DNA of 64,000 nucleotides from Lytechinus pictus (lineage: Eukaryota): the NCBI RefSeq assembly GCF_037042905.1, contig NC_087248.1:3410001-3474000 (forward strand). The letters are read 5' to 3'. Of the stretch, positions 13,170-24,421 are shown piece after piece. Position 1 is the first letter of the stretch, and the number at the start of each line of letters is the position of its first letter. The notes below the pieces were generated by a model that saw only the letters and a program-made list of their open reading frames with translations, did no database searches and had not been told where the DNA came from. The translations under genes were made by a program, and so were the position numbers.

Positions 13170-14586
13170 GTTCATTTGTATGTATACCGCATAATGGACA
13201 TAGTCTGACAGTGAACGATGAAAAACGAAAAGGAACTAGAACTCTACAAATTATGCTTCATCATGTCTCGTAATCTTTTTTTTTTTTTATTTAAGAACAT
13301 TCTGCTGGGAAAATATTGAAATAAATGAAATTCAAACATTATGACAATAACTTCAGTTGAGTAATGTTTACAGAGTAAACGTATGATTCCAATCTGTTCA
13401 TTTGTATGTATACCGCATAATGGACAGTCTTATAGTGAACGATGAAAAACGAAAAGGAACTAGAACTTAACAAATTATGCTTCGTCATGTCTCGTAATCT
13501 GTTTTTGTCTCACCTGCATAGCAGAGTGAGACTATAGGCGCCGCTTTTCCGACGGCGGCGGCGACGGCGACGGCGGCGGCGGCGTCAACACCAAATCTTA
13601 ACCTGAGGTTAAGTTTTTGAAATGACAGCATAACTTAGAAAGTATATGGACCTAGTTCATGAAACTTGGCCATAAGGTTAATCAAGTATTACTGAACATC
13701 CTGCCTGAGTTTCATGTCACATGACCAAGGTCAAAGGTCATTTAGGGTCAATGAACTTAGACCATGTTGGGGGAATCAACATCAAAATCTTAACCTAAGG
13801 TTAAGTTTTTGAAATGTCATCATAACTTAGAAAATATATGGACCTAGTTCATGAAACTTATACATAAGGTTAATCAAGTATCACTGAACATCCTGCATGA
13901 GTTTCACGTCACATGACCAAGGTCAAAGGTCATTTAGGGTCAATGAACTTTGGCCGAATTGGGGGTATCTGTTGAATTACCATCATAACTTTGAAAGTTT
14001 ATGGATCTGATTCATGAAACTTGGACATAATAGTAATCAAGTATTACTGAACATCCTGTGCAAGTTTCAGGTCACATGATCAAGGTCAAAGGTCATTTAG
14101 GGTCAATGAACTTTGGCCAAATTGGGGTATTTGTTGAATTACAGCCATAAATTTGAAAGTGTGTTGGTCTAGTTCATAAAACTTGGACATAATAGTAATC
14201 AAGTATCACTGAACATCCTGTGCGAGTTTCAGGTCACATGATCAAGGTCAAAGGTCATGTAAGGTCAAAGAACTTTGGCCACGTTGGGGGTATTTGTTGA
14301 ATTGCCATCATATCTCTATAAGTGTATTGGTCTAGTTCATAAAACGTGGAAATAAGAGTAACCAAGTATCACTGAACATCTTGTGCGAGTTATAGTAGTT
14401 TTCAAAATCAGCACTGCTGCTATATTGAATCGCGTGATGCAGGTGAGACGGCCAGAGGCATTCCACTTGTTTTTTTATTTAAGAACATTCTGCTGGGAAA
14501 ATATTGAAATAAATGAAATTCAAACATTATGAAAATAGCTTTAGTCGAGTAATATTTACAGAGTGAACGTATGATTCGAATCTGTT
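13170..14586. repeat. 226-bp tandem duplication; the second copy is interrupted by the Helentron-like element
   Basis: gttcatttgtatgtataccgcataatggaca at 13170 and 13396; atttaagaacattctgctgggaaaatattg follows the poly-T in both copies. Confidence 0.85.
13507..14470 (+). mobile_element. Non-autonomous Helentron/HINE-like element with (GGC)n and 160-190-bp internal tandem repeats
   Basis: Inserted in poly-T with no TSD; subterminal inverted repeats gtctcacctgca (13507) / tgcaggtgagac (14438); 5' hairpin, GGC microsatellite, 4-5 core repeats, 3' end cacttgt-T. Confidence 0.8.
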
Positions 14587-15741
14587 TACCTACAGTGTTC
14601 AGTGATGCTCCGTCATAGAAAAACGATTCAGATATCTTTCGAATACTAATTTCTTTACTTAAGCTTTGAAAAAAATAACTTTAATAATTGTTAATGTAAC
14701 AATTCTTTCACAAACACTAACAAAACGTGTTATCTTTTTATTGTAAAAATCAAGTTTAAGTACGTAATATTAATTTCTTTGCTTCGAATTTTCTTGTCGT
14801 ATAATATTTTGTATACCACACCCTTGAGGACTACTTGTAAAAAAGTTTTTATTTTAATATAATTGTCCTCTTCATATACTAAAAGCTACAGAATTTGAAA
14901 TGTTTCATATTTAATGTAATGTAAAGAAATAGTGTTTGATTTCATTTACTCTCTCATCTGAAACTTCATTAGTTTCTTCTTTTGCAACCGATTTTGATGT
15001 TTTTATAATAAATTTGTTTGTTTCATCTTAATATCGTTTATTCACATTAATTTGATGGGGTAGACTTGCCATTAGTTTAGCGTGTACATTGAGGATTAAT
15101 CGATGCACACTCAATAGTAAAAGGAATGGGGGGGGGGGGGGGTAATAGACCCCTTTTCAACGTTCCACGCATTTTTTTTTCCGGAGCGCAGAAAAATAAC
15201 ATCGCAAAATGTCATGACTCTTTTCTGTTCGTAGTCTTGCGCAACTTTTGAAATTCGATTTACGACATACGTATATAGCATTGCGACGCCCAATGACTTT
15301 TTACGGGACATTGTCTAATAAAAAATACAACTTGAACTTCTTGTACAAATAAGACAATGGAAAATTAAATTAATAAATTGGTGAGTTATCTTTCATTCTA
15401 ATTGGTCCTAATGTAATTAAGGTTATTTATCTACATGATACAATACCCCGGTCAAAGACAAAACTTGGAAGTTGAACACACCTAAAACCCACCATTATCA
15501 ATCGTATCACCAGAAAGATTCATGCATTTAGGGCCGACTTCGACCCCTAGAACTTCAAGGTCATGTCTAACATGACTTGGCAAATTGAGAAATACTTAAA
15601 AAGCAAACATGATATATCACGGGGGCGTTTTTCTTGCTGACTCGTATATATACAAGGCCCTTGTGAAAAATATCAGTCAGCCGACATTAAACAGCTTCGA
15701 CGAGCAGTTTATCATCCGATTTTGTAACTAATTAGAAAAGA

Positions 15742-18700
15742 ATGGATATTGGCGGCATTAGTCCAGTAGCCACAGTGCTTTTGTCCTGCTTGGTAAGCTT
15801 TTTAGGATATCGATGTCTGATCTGCGTTTTTGCAACCTGGAAAGAAGTCAAGAGAATCCTTCATATTCGACGCACTCTTCCAGGCCCCAAACCTCACTGG
15901 TTGTTCGGCAATGTCCTACAAAAACCTGGACCACTAACCCCTGGGTTAGAGTGGAATCTTAACATGGCCAAGGCCTATCCAAGACTTCATGTCTTCTGGG
16001 CTGGTTGGAAACCGGTTGTAGGGCTGAATCATCCAGACTCGATTCGGAAAATTCTCACCGACAGTGTCGGAACAGTGAAAGTGAGTCATAACCCTGTCAT
16101 TTAAAGGGATGGTCCGGGCTGAAAATATTGATATCAAAATAAACAGAGTAAAATTCACAAAGCAAAATGCAAAAAAAAAAGTCATCAAAATCGGATAACA
16201 AATAAAGAAGTTATTTAATTTAAAGTTTATAAATATTTTGTGATAACAGCCATATGCATATTGTCTTGAATATTCATTAGGTCGGCTGATGTCACATCCC
16301 CACTTTTTTTTTTCTTATGTTGTTACATGAAATCATAAATGTTTCATTTTTCATACATGTGTAAATGACGTGTCTCCGTTATGATGAAATAAGTTGCGGC
16401 AATAAATAACTAATGCACGCAATCAGTTGCCAATTGTCTTAGTTCTTGGTAGACAATTTTTGAATAAACCTAATTTCATATAATAAAATACAAAAGAACA
16501 AGTGGGGATATGACATCATCAGCCCACTTAATGAATGACGACATGCCTAGAACTGTTTCGCCGGAATAATGCAAATCTTTAAAATTCAATAACTTCATTA
16601 TTTGTCATCCGATTTTGATCAAATTTTCAGCATTTTGCTTTGTGAATTTTACTCTATTTATTTAGGTGAAGTATTTTTAGCCTGGACCATCCCTTTAGCA
16701 GTGATAATGATCCTAACTATTGCTATCGCGTGACCAGTCATTATTTAAGCGAATAAAATTTGCAAATGAATGGTACCAATTCTATCATTGTATTCTAGAT
16801 TTATATGAATAATTAGTTCTAATTCATTCACCATCAAATGGGGGATGGGCACAAAATCCTCTTAATATATTTGTCTTTATTTCCCCCATTATCTATTTCT
16901 CTTTCTACATCCCCTCAATGCCTGTATTCTCATTTATTTCCTCCTATTTTTCGTTAATTTACGCCCCGTTAAAGTGCAACCTGGGGTGCGCCCCCCTTAT
17001 ACGATCAGTGCTAATTAACATAAATTTATATAAATTCTACACAATAGGGTTTATTTAGTCAGACTACGCCTAAGCCCTCATGAATATTCATAGAATGATG
17101 TAAAACAATGCAATTCTATACAAATGTTAAAAAAAGACTTAAATCATCTATCCTGAATGATTACTAAATATTGAATTCATCAATTACAAATTAAGCCTTC
17201 AGTGCTAATTAGGAAACCTTTGATTATTTGTAAACACTGTATGATTTTCTTTAAATATATGACGCATATGATTTGTATTATGATACATATTGCATAACTG
17301 TAAATATTGTTTTTTGTACAAAAGAACAATTCAGTTGCTATAAACACGTAATCATAATATCAGGGGGGGGGGGCTACATTATACAAGCTCTGCTTTTCAG
17401 TTGGCCCTCCCTCCCTTTCAATTATTTATATTTCAATTTTATAATTGTCTATTGTAATGCTATAATGTTATCAAGTTTTCTATTTACTTCAAATATGATT
17501 ATATGTTACTATGTCGATTATATCATAATTGTAAATATGAAAATGAAATTTAAAGTGGAAAATAAAAAGCAATTGAATTGAATTGAATTGAAAAAAGACA
17601 GCAGCTCGACTGGTGTGGCGCGATAATAAAACGACGCGCTAATCTGCTAATATCGAGAGTTTACTGCAGTTTATATAGATCATTTACTCTTGCTGGAAAC
17701 TAGCCTTGAACAACTTTTCAAAGACTCCAAAACAGAGATAGACCTCATCGTAAGTGGGAGAAAATATGCACCCGGATTACTTGCCCTCCCCGCCCCTATG
17801 CCCACCACTTGTGGTATATATAGGCATTGGGATATAGACATTTTGGTGTAATTGAGATTCAATATTATTCTTATCTATATGTCAATTTCTTGCTTTTTTT
17901 ATCCATGCAGAGTTCACTTTATGGTTTGTTTGAAGAATGGCTCGGTCGAAGTATGGCTCTAACAGATGGCGACCTGTGGAAAAGACATAGGAAACTCATT
18001 ACAGGCACTTTCCACTTCAACGTTCTCAAGAATAACATTCCCAAGATAAACCAGGTATTCAAATTACGCAAAGTAAAATAATCATACTCCACGAAAAATG
18101 GCTCTCAAGTCGGTGATACGACATTAATTTTGCTCCTTCGATAATTGCTCGAGGTTTTATTTCGTCTTAGATGTAAGGTTCGGGTTGCAATAGGGTTTTA
18201 TGTTAGGTTTATGGTAGGATAGAGTGAAACCTTAACTTTAACTTAAGCATGCTGATTGAAAAGGCATATCCTGAATCAGGATATCAAGCCAACAAAAACC
18301 AAGACCAGGAAAACTGTTCCTTTGTAAATGATCAGATGCGCCTTAGTAGTCGCTGCTGTCAAAACATCTTTATGTTCTTATTGAAGATGCATATGCATTA
18401 TCAGGTGACGGCGACTATCATTGTATCAAAGGAAGGCCTGTGTTAATCTTCCATCTCTTTATAGCTCCAAATAGCAAAACTGACCAGTTCAATTCATCGT
18501 GTCCTTTTCAGGTAGCAGAGACCTTGGTTTCCGTGATCACGCAGAGATGTGAAGAAGGAAAGCCCCTAGAACTCTACAAATCAATGGGTTCATTTTCCAG
18601 TGACGTCATCCTTCAGTGTGCATTTTCCTACAAGTCTAATTGTCAAAAGGTCGAATCACAATTCGTAGAGTCATCCCACAACTTGATGGATATCGTTGCG

Positions 18701-20362
18701 AAACGGTACAGTATGATACTCCTGAAAAGGACACTGAACTTGGGTTTAACTTAGAACATGATTTAACTCGGTGCTAAAATTATGTGGGAAGCTAAAAATA
18801 TCACAAATTTATTACATGGTATACTTCTTATGTCTACTGAGATCTTTGCCAATCCTTCAATGGTACCTTCCAGGAAAATTAAGAATGACCTGAGAGTCAA
18901 ATAAGCTAACATTAAACATGTTGAACCTCTTATTTTAAAGATTGATGTCACCATTTGCTATCCATAGCAGGGGCCGCGGAACCGGGGGGGGGGGGGGGCT
19001 GGGGGGGGGGGGCTTCAGCCCCCCCCCCCCCACTTTTTTCCAAAACCGTGTACAAAAGCGCAAAATGACCATACGATTGTAGATTTTCTGCATGGTCAGC
19101 CCCCCACTTTTGGCTCAGCCCCCCCCCCCCCACTTTGAAAACCGTTCCGCGACCCCTGCATAGTTAAACCACAACTTTAAACCAGAGTTTAAATAAAACC
19201 CGATTTCAGAATAGTTAATCATCTTGGCGTAAACATCAAGAGGGGAACGTGTATGTGGTAATCTTTCGAACGCACATTGAGTAAATTCTTAACCGGCCCC
19301 TTATATATTAATTTCTATCTATTTCTTGGACACCTTTCTAGCTTCTTTAATTTTTTTTATTTTGCCACGGGTTAAGCCACAAGGGAAACGTATAGGCCTT
19401 TTTTTTAAAACATAACTGATTTTTTTATAGTATATTTCAGTACACGTGAACCCTCACAATGCCAAAAGGCGAGGCCAGGCCTAAGGCAAGGTCGAAAAGT
19501 CCGAGGCCAAGAAAGAGGAATAGGTCTGCAACGCATAACTCTATCTTTCTCGAATAAATAGTAGGCTTGTCTCAATATTTCCAGCATGTCGGAGGGGGGG
19601 GGGGGGCGACTTTCATTTCTTGGTTGGCAAGACTGACCAGTGTCAATGGGAGATTCAGTGACGTCATACTAAATGTTATCTTTATTCAGAAGGAGTTGTA
19701 GTATTATTATTTACTCAGCAAATGAAGATAATAACAATGATACGTAACAGACTCGGAGAACGACGAATTGGTGATACCCAGATACCAAATAGAAAATAAC
19801 AACTGGAGTGCTGGGGGCAGAATAGTTAACTTAATAACTGGTAATAATCCTTCTGTCTCTCTGTATGATCATATATATATATATATATATATATAAACAA
19901 AGGGAGAGGGCCCTTTGCACAACGTGTATTGCAGCGCGTCATGTTCTACGTATAGGCGTAAATAAATCAAGCATTAACGCTAGACGTAGCTTCCAAGTAT
20001 CTCTTTTATTGCGAGCTTTCGGCCAGTAGGGCCTTCATCAGGCCTATAATGCATTGAAACAAACAAAATAGAACAAAACCATACAAATAAAATCGTAATA
20101 ACAACAAAGTAAATAATGTGTAACAAAGGGTACAGAACAGAAGGATTACACTAAGAGTAATCCTTCTTAGTGTAATCCTTCTGTTCTGTACCATGTTACA
20201 CATTATTTACTTTGTTGTTATTACGATTTTATTTGTATGGTTTTGTTCTATTTTGTTTGTTTCAATGCATTATAGGCCTGATGAAGGCCCTACTGGCCGA
20301 AAGCTCGCAATAAAAGAGATACTTGGAAGTTACGTCTAGCGTTAATGCTTGATTTATTTACG

Positions 20363-20397
<35 letters not shown>

Positions 20398-20432
20398 GTA
20401 ATATAAATATATATATTACCATAGTAAAGTGG

Positions 20433-20480
<48 letters not shown>

Positions 20481-22496
20481 CCACTTTGCCTCATTAATAT
20501 ATATATATATATATAATATATATCGGTTTATTTCATTGATATGAACATGAAAACCTCTTATAAGAACTTATATATCGATTATACAGATCATTTAGCCCGG
20601 TCTTACCGTTTAAATCCATCTTCCGGAGATCTTCCCTCTACAAACCATGGAGAAATGGGATTGATGTCCTTCATGAATATATAGAAAAAATAATTTCGGA
20701 ACGAAGAGAGGAACACAAAACGAGGGGATCTAACTTAGTAAGTATTGTGAGCAGAAAAATAATGCTTGTCTTGTAAACACATTTATATTTTTAAAGTTAG
20801 ATTTCACAAGCAATCCGGTATATGTTTCTAACAGATGATTGATACTTTAAATAAAGCATATTCAATATGACTAAATAATTTTTTAACTTTTCCATCTCTC
20901 ATCTAGATTCTGATTAATTCCGAAAGCAAATGGCACACTGTCCCTTTTGTCCAAATTAATTAACCGTATGATTTTTTTTGCTGTATATTAATCCAGGAAT
21001 ACTTTAAAGGGATGGATTTCCTTGACACAGTAATGTTAGCCAAAGACTCTGCAGGAGGACTAACGGATGAAGAGATCAGAGACGAGGTAAGTAATTAGCC
21101 ATTAACTTCAGAACAAAAGACAAACAGGCAATTTGTCCCTACAAGCTCCACGCTGTTCTATGGAGTCCCGCAAGGCTCCATCATCTGACCGTTGATGTAC
21201 ACTTTGTCCACCGGTCCTTTTAGAAAGTAATATCACCTTTCATTTAGCAACCAAACGTCTCCGCACATTTAACACTTCTCAAGATTTTTTTCTTAATACA
21301 CTCGACACACAGAAACGACAAAAAATGGACATGGGCGAAAAGTGCATTTTCAACAGACTCTCTTGGACCCCTTTCGGGATTGTTTTGTAGGCTTACTTGT
21401 CATAAAATGGTTCGTTCATTTTGATAATTTTCTTGGTTGTGCACTCTGAAACCTACTTATTAAGCGGAATGTAAACGTTATCTATTAATAAAATGATGAG
21501 TGTACGTTGAATAAATTGTCAGAGGTTCTTTCATTTTCTTAAAAAAAGGCAAATACCTTCTTGGTTGCCGGAATTGATACGACATCTAGCGCACTCACTT
21601 GGTTGTTGTATTTGTTGGCAACTCATCCAGAATACCAGACCAAGGTACATGAAGAAGTTGATGAACTCTTCAAAGATCGTACAAATCGAGAGATATCCAG
21701 GTAAATTTTGGTTCTAGACGGCAATCTGAAGATGGGATTACATTACAGTTACTGTAGATTAATGGTGATATTGATTAGGTCTGGACCGTCTGTTGTCTGG
21801 GACAACTTAACCGTCTAATTTAGTCAAGATTTCCTGGCATTAAAGCCTTCCGACATTGTTAAGACAGGGGTGTTCATATAGGCCTATATACCTGACACGT
21901 TTTTCTTTTGATGGGTGCTTTTTTTATGCCGCATGATCACCTAAACCCGATGCTAGATGATGTGTTTTGAAAACTTAACCCAACATGTCGAATTAAAATC
22001 AGGTTAAAACATTACATATATATATATATAAATGTTATTCATTTGCAGTGATGATCTTCGCAATACTCCATATCTGTTGAAATGCATCAAGGAAAGTCAG
22101 CGTATTTACTCGACTGTAGCACCAGGCCGCCTCTTAACCGAGCCATTGGTTGTCGATAGGCTAACCATCCCAGCAGGAACCGAGATTACAATCTACACGC
22201 ACCAACTCCATCACAATCCTGATGTATGGGGAGATGATCACATGGCTTTCAAACCAAGCCGCTTCGACCGAGAGAACGTCGAGAGTCGAGATTCATTCGC
22301 TTTCATTCCTTTCTCCGCTGGATCGCGTAACTGCATCGGCCAACATTTCGCGCTTCAGGAGATGCAAATAGCCGCGATTCGAATGTTCGACAAGTTCAGA
22401 TTTACATTGCTCCAAGATTCCATTCCAGTCTTCAGATTAGTTAGCGCACCACAGGATGAAATATTACTTGGCATTCATCCAAGGAATGAAGAGTAA
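15742..22496 (+). CDS. Cytochrome P450, CYP4 clan (paralog 2), 505 aa; join(15742..16080,17911..18054,18512..18705,20587..20737,20997..21086,21549..21700,22049..22496)
   Basis: Same exon sizes as paralog 1 (339,144,194,151,90,152,448), GT-AG introns, intact frame, same motifs; heme motif FSAGSRNCIG. Confidence 0.93.
16105..16694. mobile_element. Kolobok-like non-autonomous DNA transposon (TTAA site, AGG...CCT termini)
   Basis: ttaa|agggatggtccgggctgaaaat ... cctggaccatccct|ttag; long imperfect TIRs; related to 52309-52912. Confidence 0.8.
17360..17590 (+). mobile_element. Probable LINE 3'-end remnant with (AATTG)n tail
   Basis: GC-rich stem-loop, AT-rich UTR, AATAAA, then aattgaattgaattgaattg. 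Confidence 0.4.
18741..19212. mobile_element. Old GGCCCGTATTC-family MITE hosting a nested insertion
   Basis: tgggtttaacttag ... ttaaaccacaactttaaaccagagtttaaataaaacccgatttcagaata matches the TIRs of 7994-8305. Confidence 0.6.
18968..19158. mobile_element. Nested GC-rich MITE with CAGGGG termini and 5-bp TSD (CATAG)
   Basis: catag|caggggccgcggaac ... gttccgcgacccctg|catag. Confidence 0.85.
20013..20041 (-). ncRNA. Minimal hammerhead ribozyme-like motif, antisense copy
   Basis: Exact reverse complement of 20278-20306. Confidence 0.5.
20278..20306 (+). ncRNA. Minimal type I hammerhead ribozyme-like motif (Penelope type)
   Basis: CUGAUGA-A-GGCC-cuacu-GGCC-GAAA-GC-UC; helix III reduced to the palindrome AGCU; helix I weak. 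Confidence 0.5.
20365..20523. repeat. Interrupted (TA)n microsatellite
   Basis: Long TA runs; another at 19871-19895. Confidence 0.9.
21110..21245 (+). mobile_element. Decayed L2/CR1 LINE reverse-transcriptase fragment
   Basis: Translates LFYGVPQGSII*PLMYTLSTGP (GVPQGS at 21162-21179), with an in-frame stop. Confidence 0.75.
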
Positions 22497-22844
22497 TATT
22501 CTAAAAGTCAATTTAATCGTACAAGTCTGCCCCCCGTGTAATACTCTGTGTTCAAGGAACTCTTGGACTTGTTGGATATGCTATATTAAGGGTGGTGCCA
22601 AGGTATTCATTAGGGGCAGGACGACCTAAGGTTTACGTCAATGTTTTTTCAATTGACTTGCTGGAATATTCAAATTCAAATTCATTTATTTCACATCTCT
22701 AAAAACATACAAGTTACAGTACATCGAAATTTAATCAAATTGATAAAAATGACTCCATAGTAATGGAGTAAATATGAATATTGTAAAATTATGGCAAAAA
22801 TAAGAAAATACATAAAGTAATGAATGGGATGTGAGGGAGTAGCA

Positions 22845-23820
22845 CAGGGGCGGAGGGAGCGAAGTTGAAAGGGGGCACAGAGAGAAAAAAGGGCAATTTT
22901 TCTTTCGAAAAGGACACTATTTTAAACATGGCCGTATGCATAAATTTTTCGCATGGGGGGCAGCACGCGTGAACTTTTTGGTAGAAAACTCAAAGCGAGG
23001 GAGCGAAGCGACCGAGCTTATCTTTGATGCGCTTTTGCATTTTTAAAAGTGAAATTGATGGATTTTGTGCATACTTTTAGTGAATTTTGTGAAAATCTGC
23101 AGTTAAAAAAAAATCGGGAAGGGGGAGCAACTGCCCCCCCCCCCATGCGTATACTGCCATGATCTTAAAACAAAGAAAAATAAGACTTATCTTCCCAACT
23201 CACATGACTCATGAACTTAAGGCACATAGGATTATTTTTCATTATATGCACTTGCAGGAGGAACAGAACGGCGCTACATAAAGAAACCGGGCGCTCATCG
23301 GGCACGGAAAGAGTGGGTTTTCTGGACAACCTATCTGATATGAAGAACGGGCACCTATAAGAGAGCGAAGATACGCTCGTTAACACATAAAACAGGTCCT
23401 TCTCGGGTGAAAGGGGCACAGGAACGTTCGTGGGGGCACTTTCCTTAGGTAAAAGGGGGTACTGATACGAGAAAGGGCACCTATAAGATAGCAAAGGGTA
23501 CTTTCTAACGGCATAAGACGGATCCTTCTCAGATGAAAGGGGCACAGGACATGTTCGTGAGGGGATTTTGGGGGTAAAATTTGGCACTGATACAAGGAAT
23601 GGCACTTGCTAACAGGTCCTTGTCAGGTGAAAAGGGCACAAAACACGTCCGTGAGAGGTCATTTTTTTTTTTTGGGGGGGGGGGTTTGGAACTTATACAA
23701 GAAAGGGCACTTGGTAACACCTAAAACGGGTCCTCTTCCGATGAAAGGGGCACAGTACACGTTCGTGAGGGAGCATTTTTCTTGCGTAAAAAGGGCACTT
23801 TTTCAGTACCGTGTGAAAGG
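22845..23820. mobile_element. Degenerate CAGGGGCGG-type element with repeated aagggcac motifs
   Basis: caggggcggagggagc start; (a)agggcac recurs about 10 times; right end not identified. Confidence 0.45.
22927..23161. mobile_element. Nested hAT-like MITE with 8-bp TSD (1 mismatch)
   Basis: attttaaa|catggccgtatgc ... gcgtatactgccatg|atcttaaa. Confidence 0.7.
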
Positions 23821-23904
23821 GTGGTATGATAGGCAGATTTCAAAGATATTATGTAAGCATGCCTTACATAGCAGGATGTAGAAATTGTAGACCAGGTGAA
23901 TACC

Positions 23905-24421
23905 CGCACTTTCACACGTGTGAAAAGTCCGATGACTCTGCAGACTGCAGTCATCATTACAATGATGATTCAAGATTCACGTGTGAAAAGGCCCTTGAAT
24001 AGCACGCCAATAAACGCTCTATGAAAGTATTTGTTGCGTTTTTACTTTGAATGCATTATCAAGTTGCTATATTAACAATAGTTGGCCAACTGTGAAAAAC
24101 CTCTCGCTAGTGGATGCATTGTTGTTTTTGTGTGGATGTAATGAAAAACAAATTCAAAAGAATATATGAATAATCAAGACATCAAATGTGGTGTTTATCT
24201 CATTATATTAAACCACCATGCCACTTTTACCGCCCTTTTCACACGGTAAAGAAATCGTAATTTGAATGATTCCAGTGAAAAATAATGCTAGTGACGAATA
24301 TTTAGCACGTGTGAAACCAAACTAGAAAATTATTAGAATCACGAACGCTTATCACAGTCACGATTACATTAGCAATAATTATTGCATTGATGATTCAAGA
24401 TTCACGTGTGAAAAGGCCCTT
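23905..24421. mobile_element. Two related short MITE remnants (tttcacacg ... cgtgtgaaaaggcc)
   Basis: atgattcaagattcacgtgtgaaaaggccctt occurs at ~23965 and ~24390; inverted ends at ~23905 and ~24232. Confidence 0.55.

Larger units (their letters stand above)
19951..20368. mobile_element. Palindromic Penelope-like element remnant (inverted pLTR pair) in a (TA)n tract
   Basis: Arms 19951-20156 and 20165-20368 are near-perfect reverse complements; each carries CTGATGAAGGCC-N5-GGCCGAAAGCTC followed by AATAAA; (TA)n on both sides. Confidence 0.75.

Noticed and set aside
3597-22496. CYP pair as a haplotype mis-assembly or pseudogene
   Set aside because: Introns and TE content differ extensively, and both frames are intact with the heme Cys.
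23165-23957. Cluster of 60-146-aa ORFs
   Set aside because: They lie in a repetitive TE interior with no recognisable domain.
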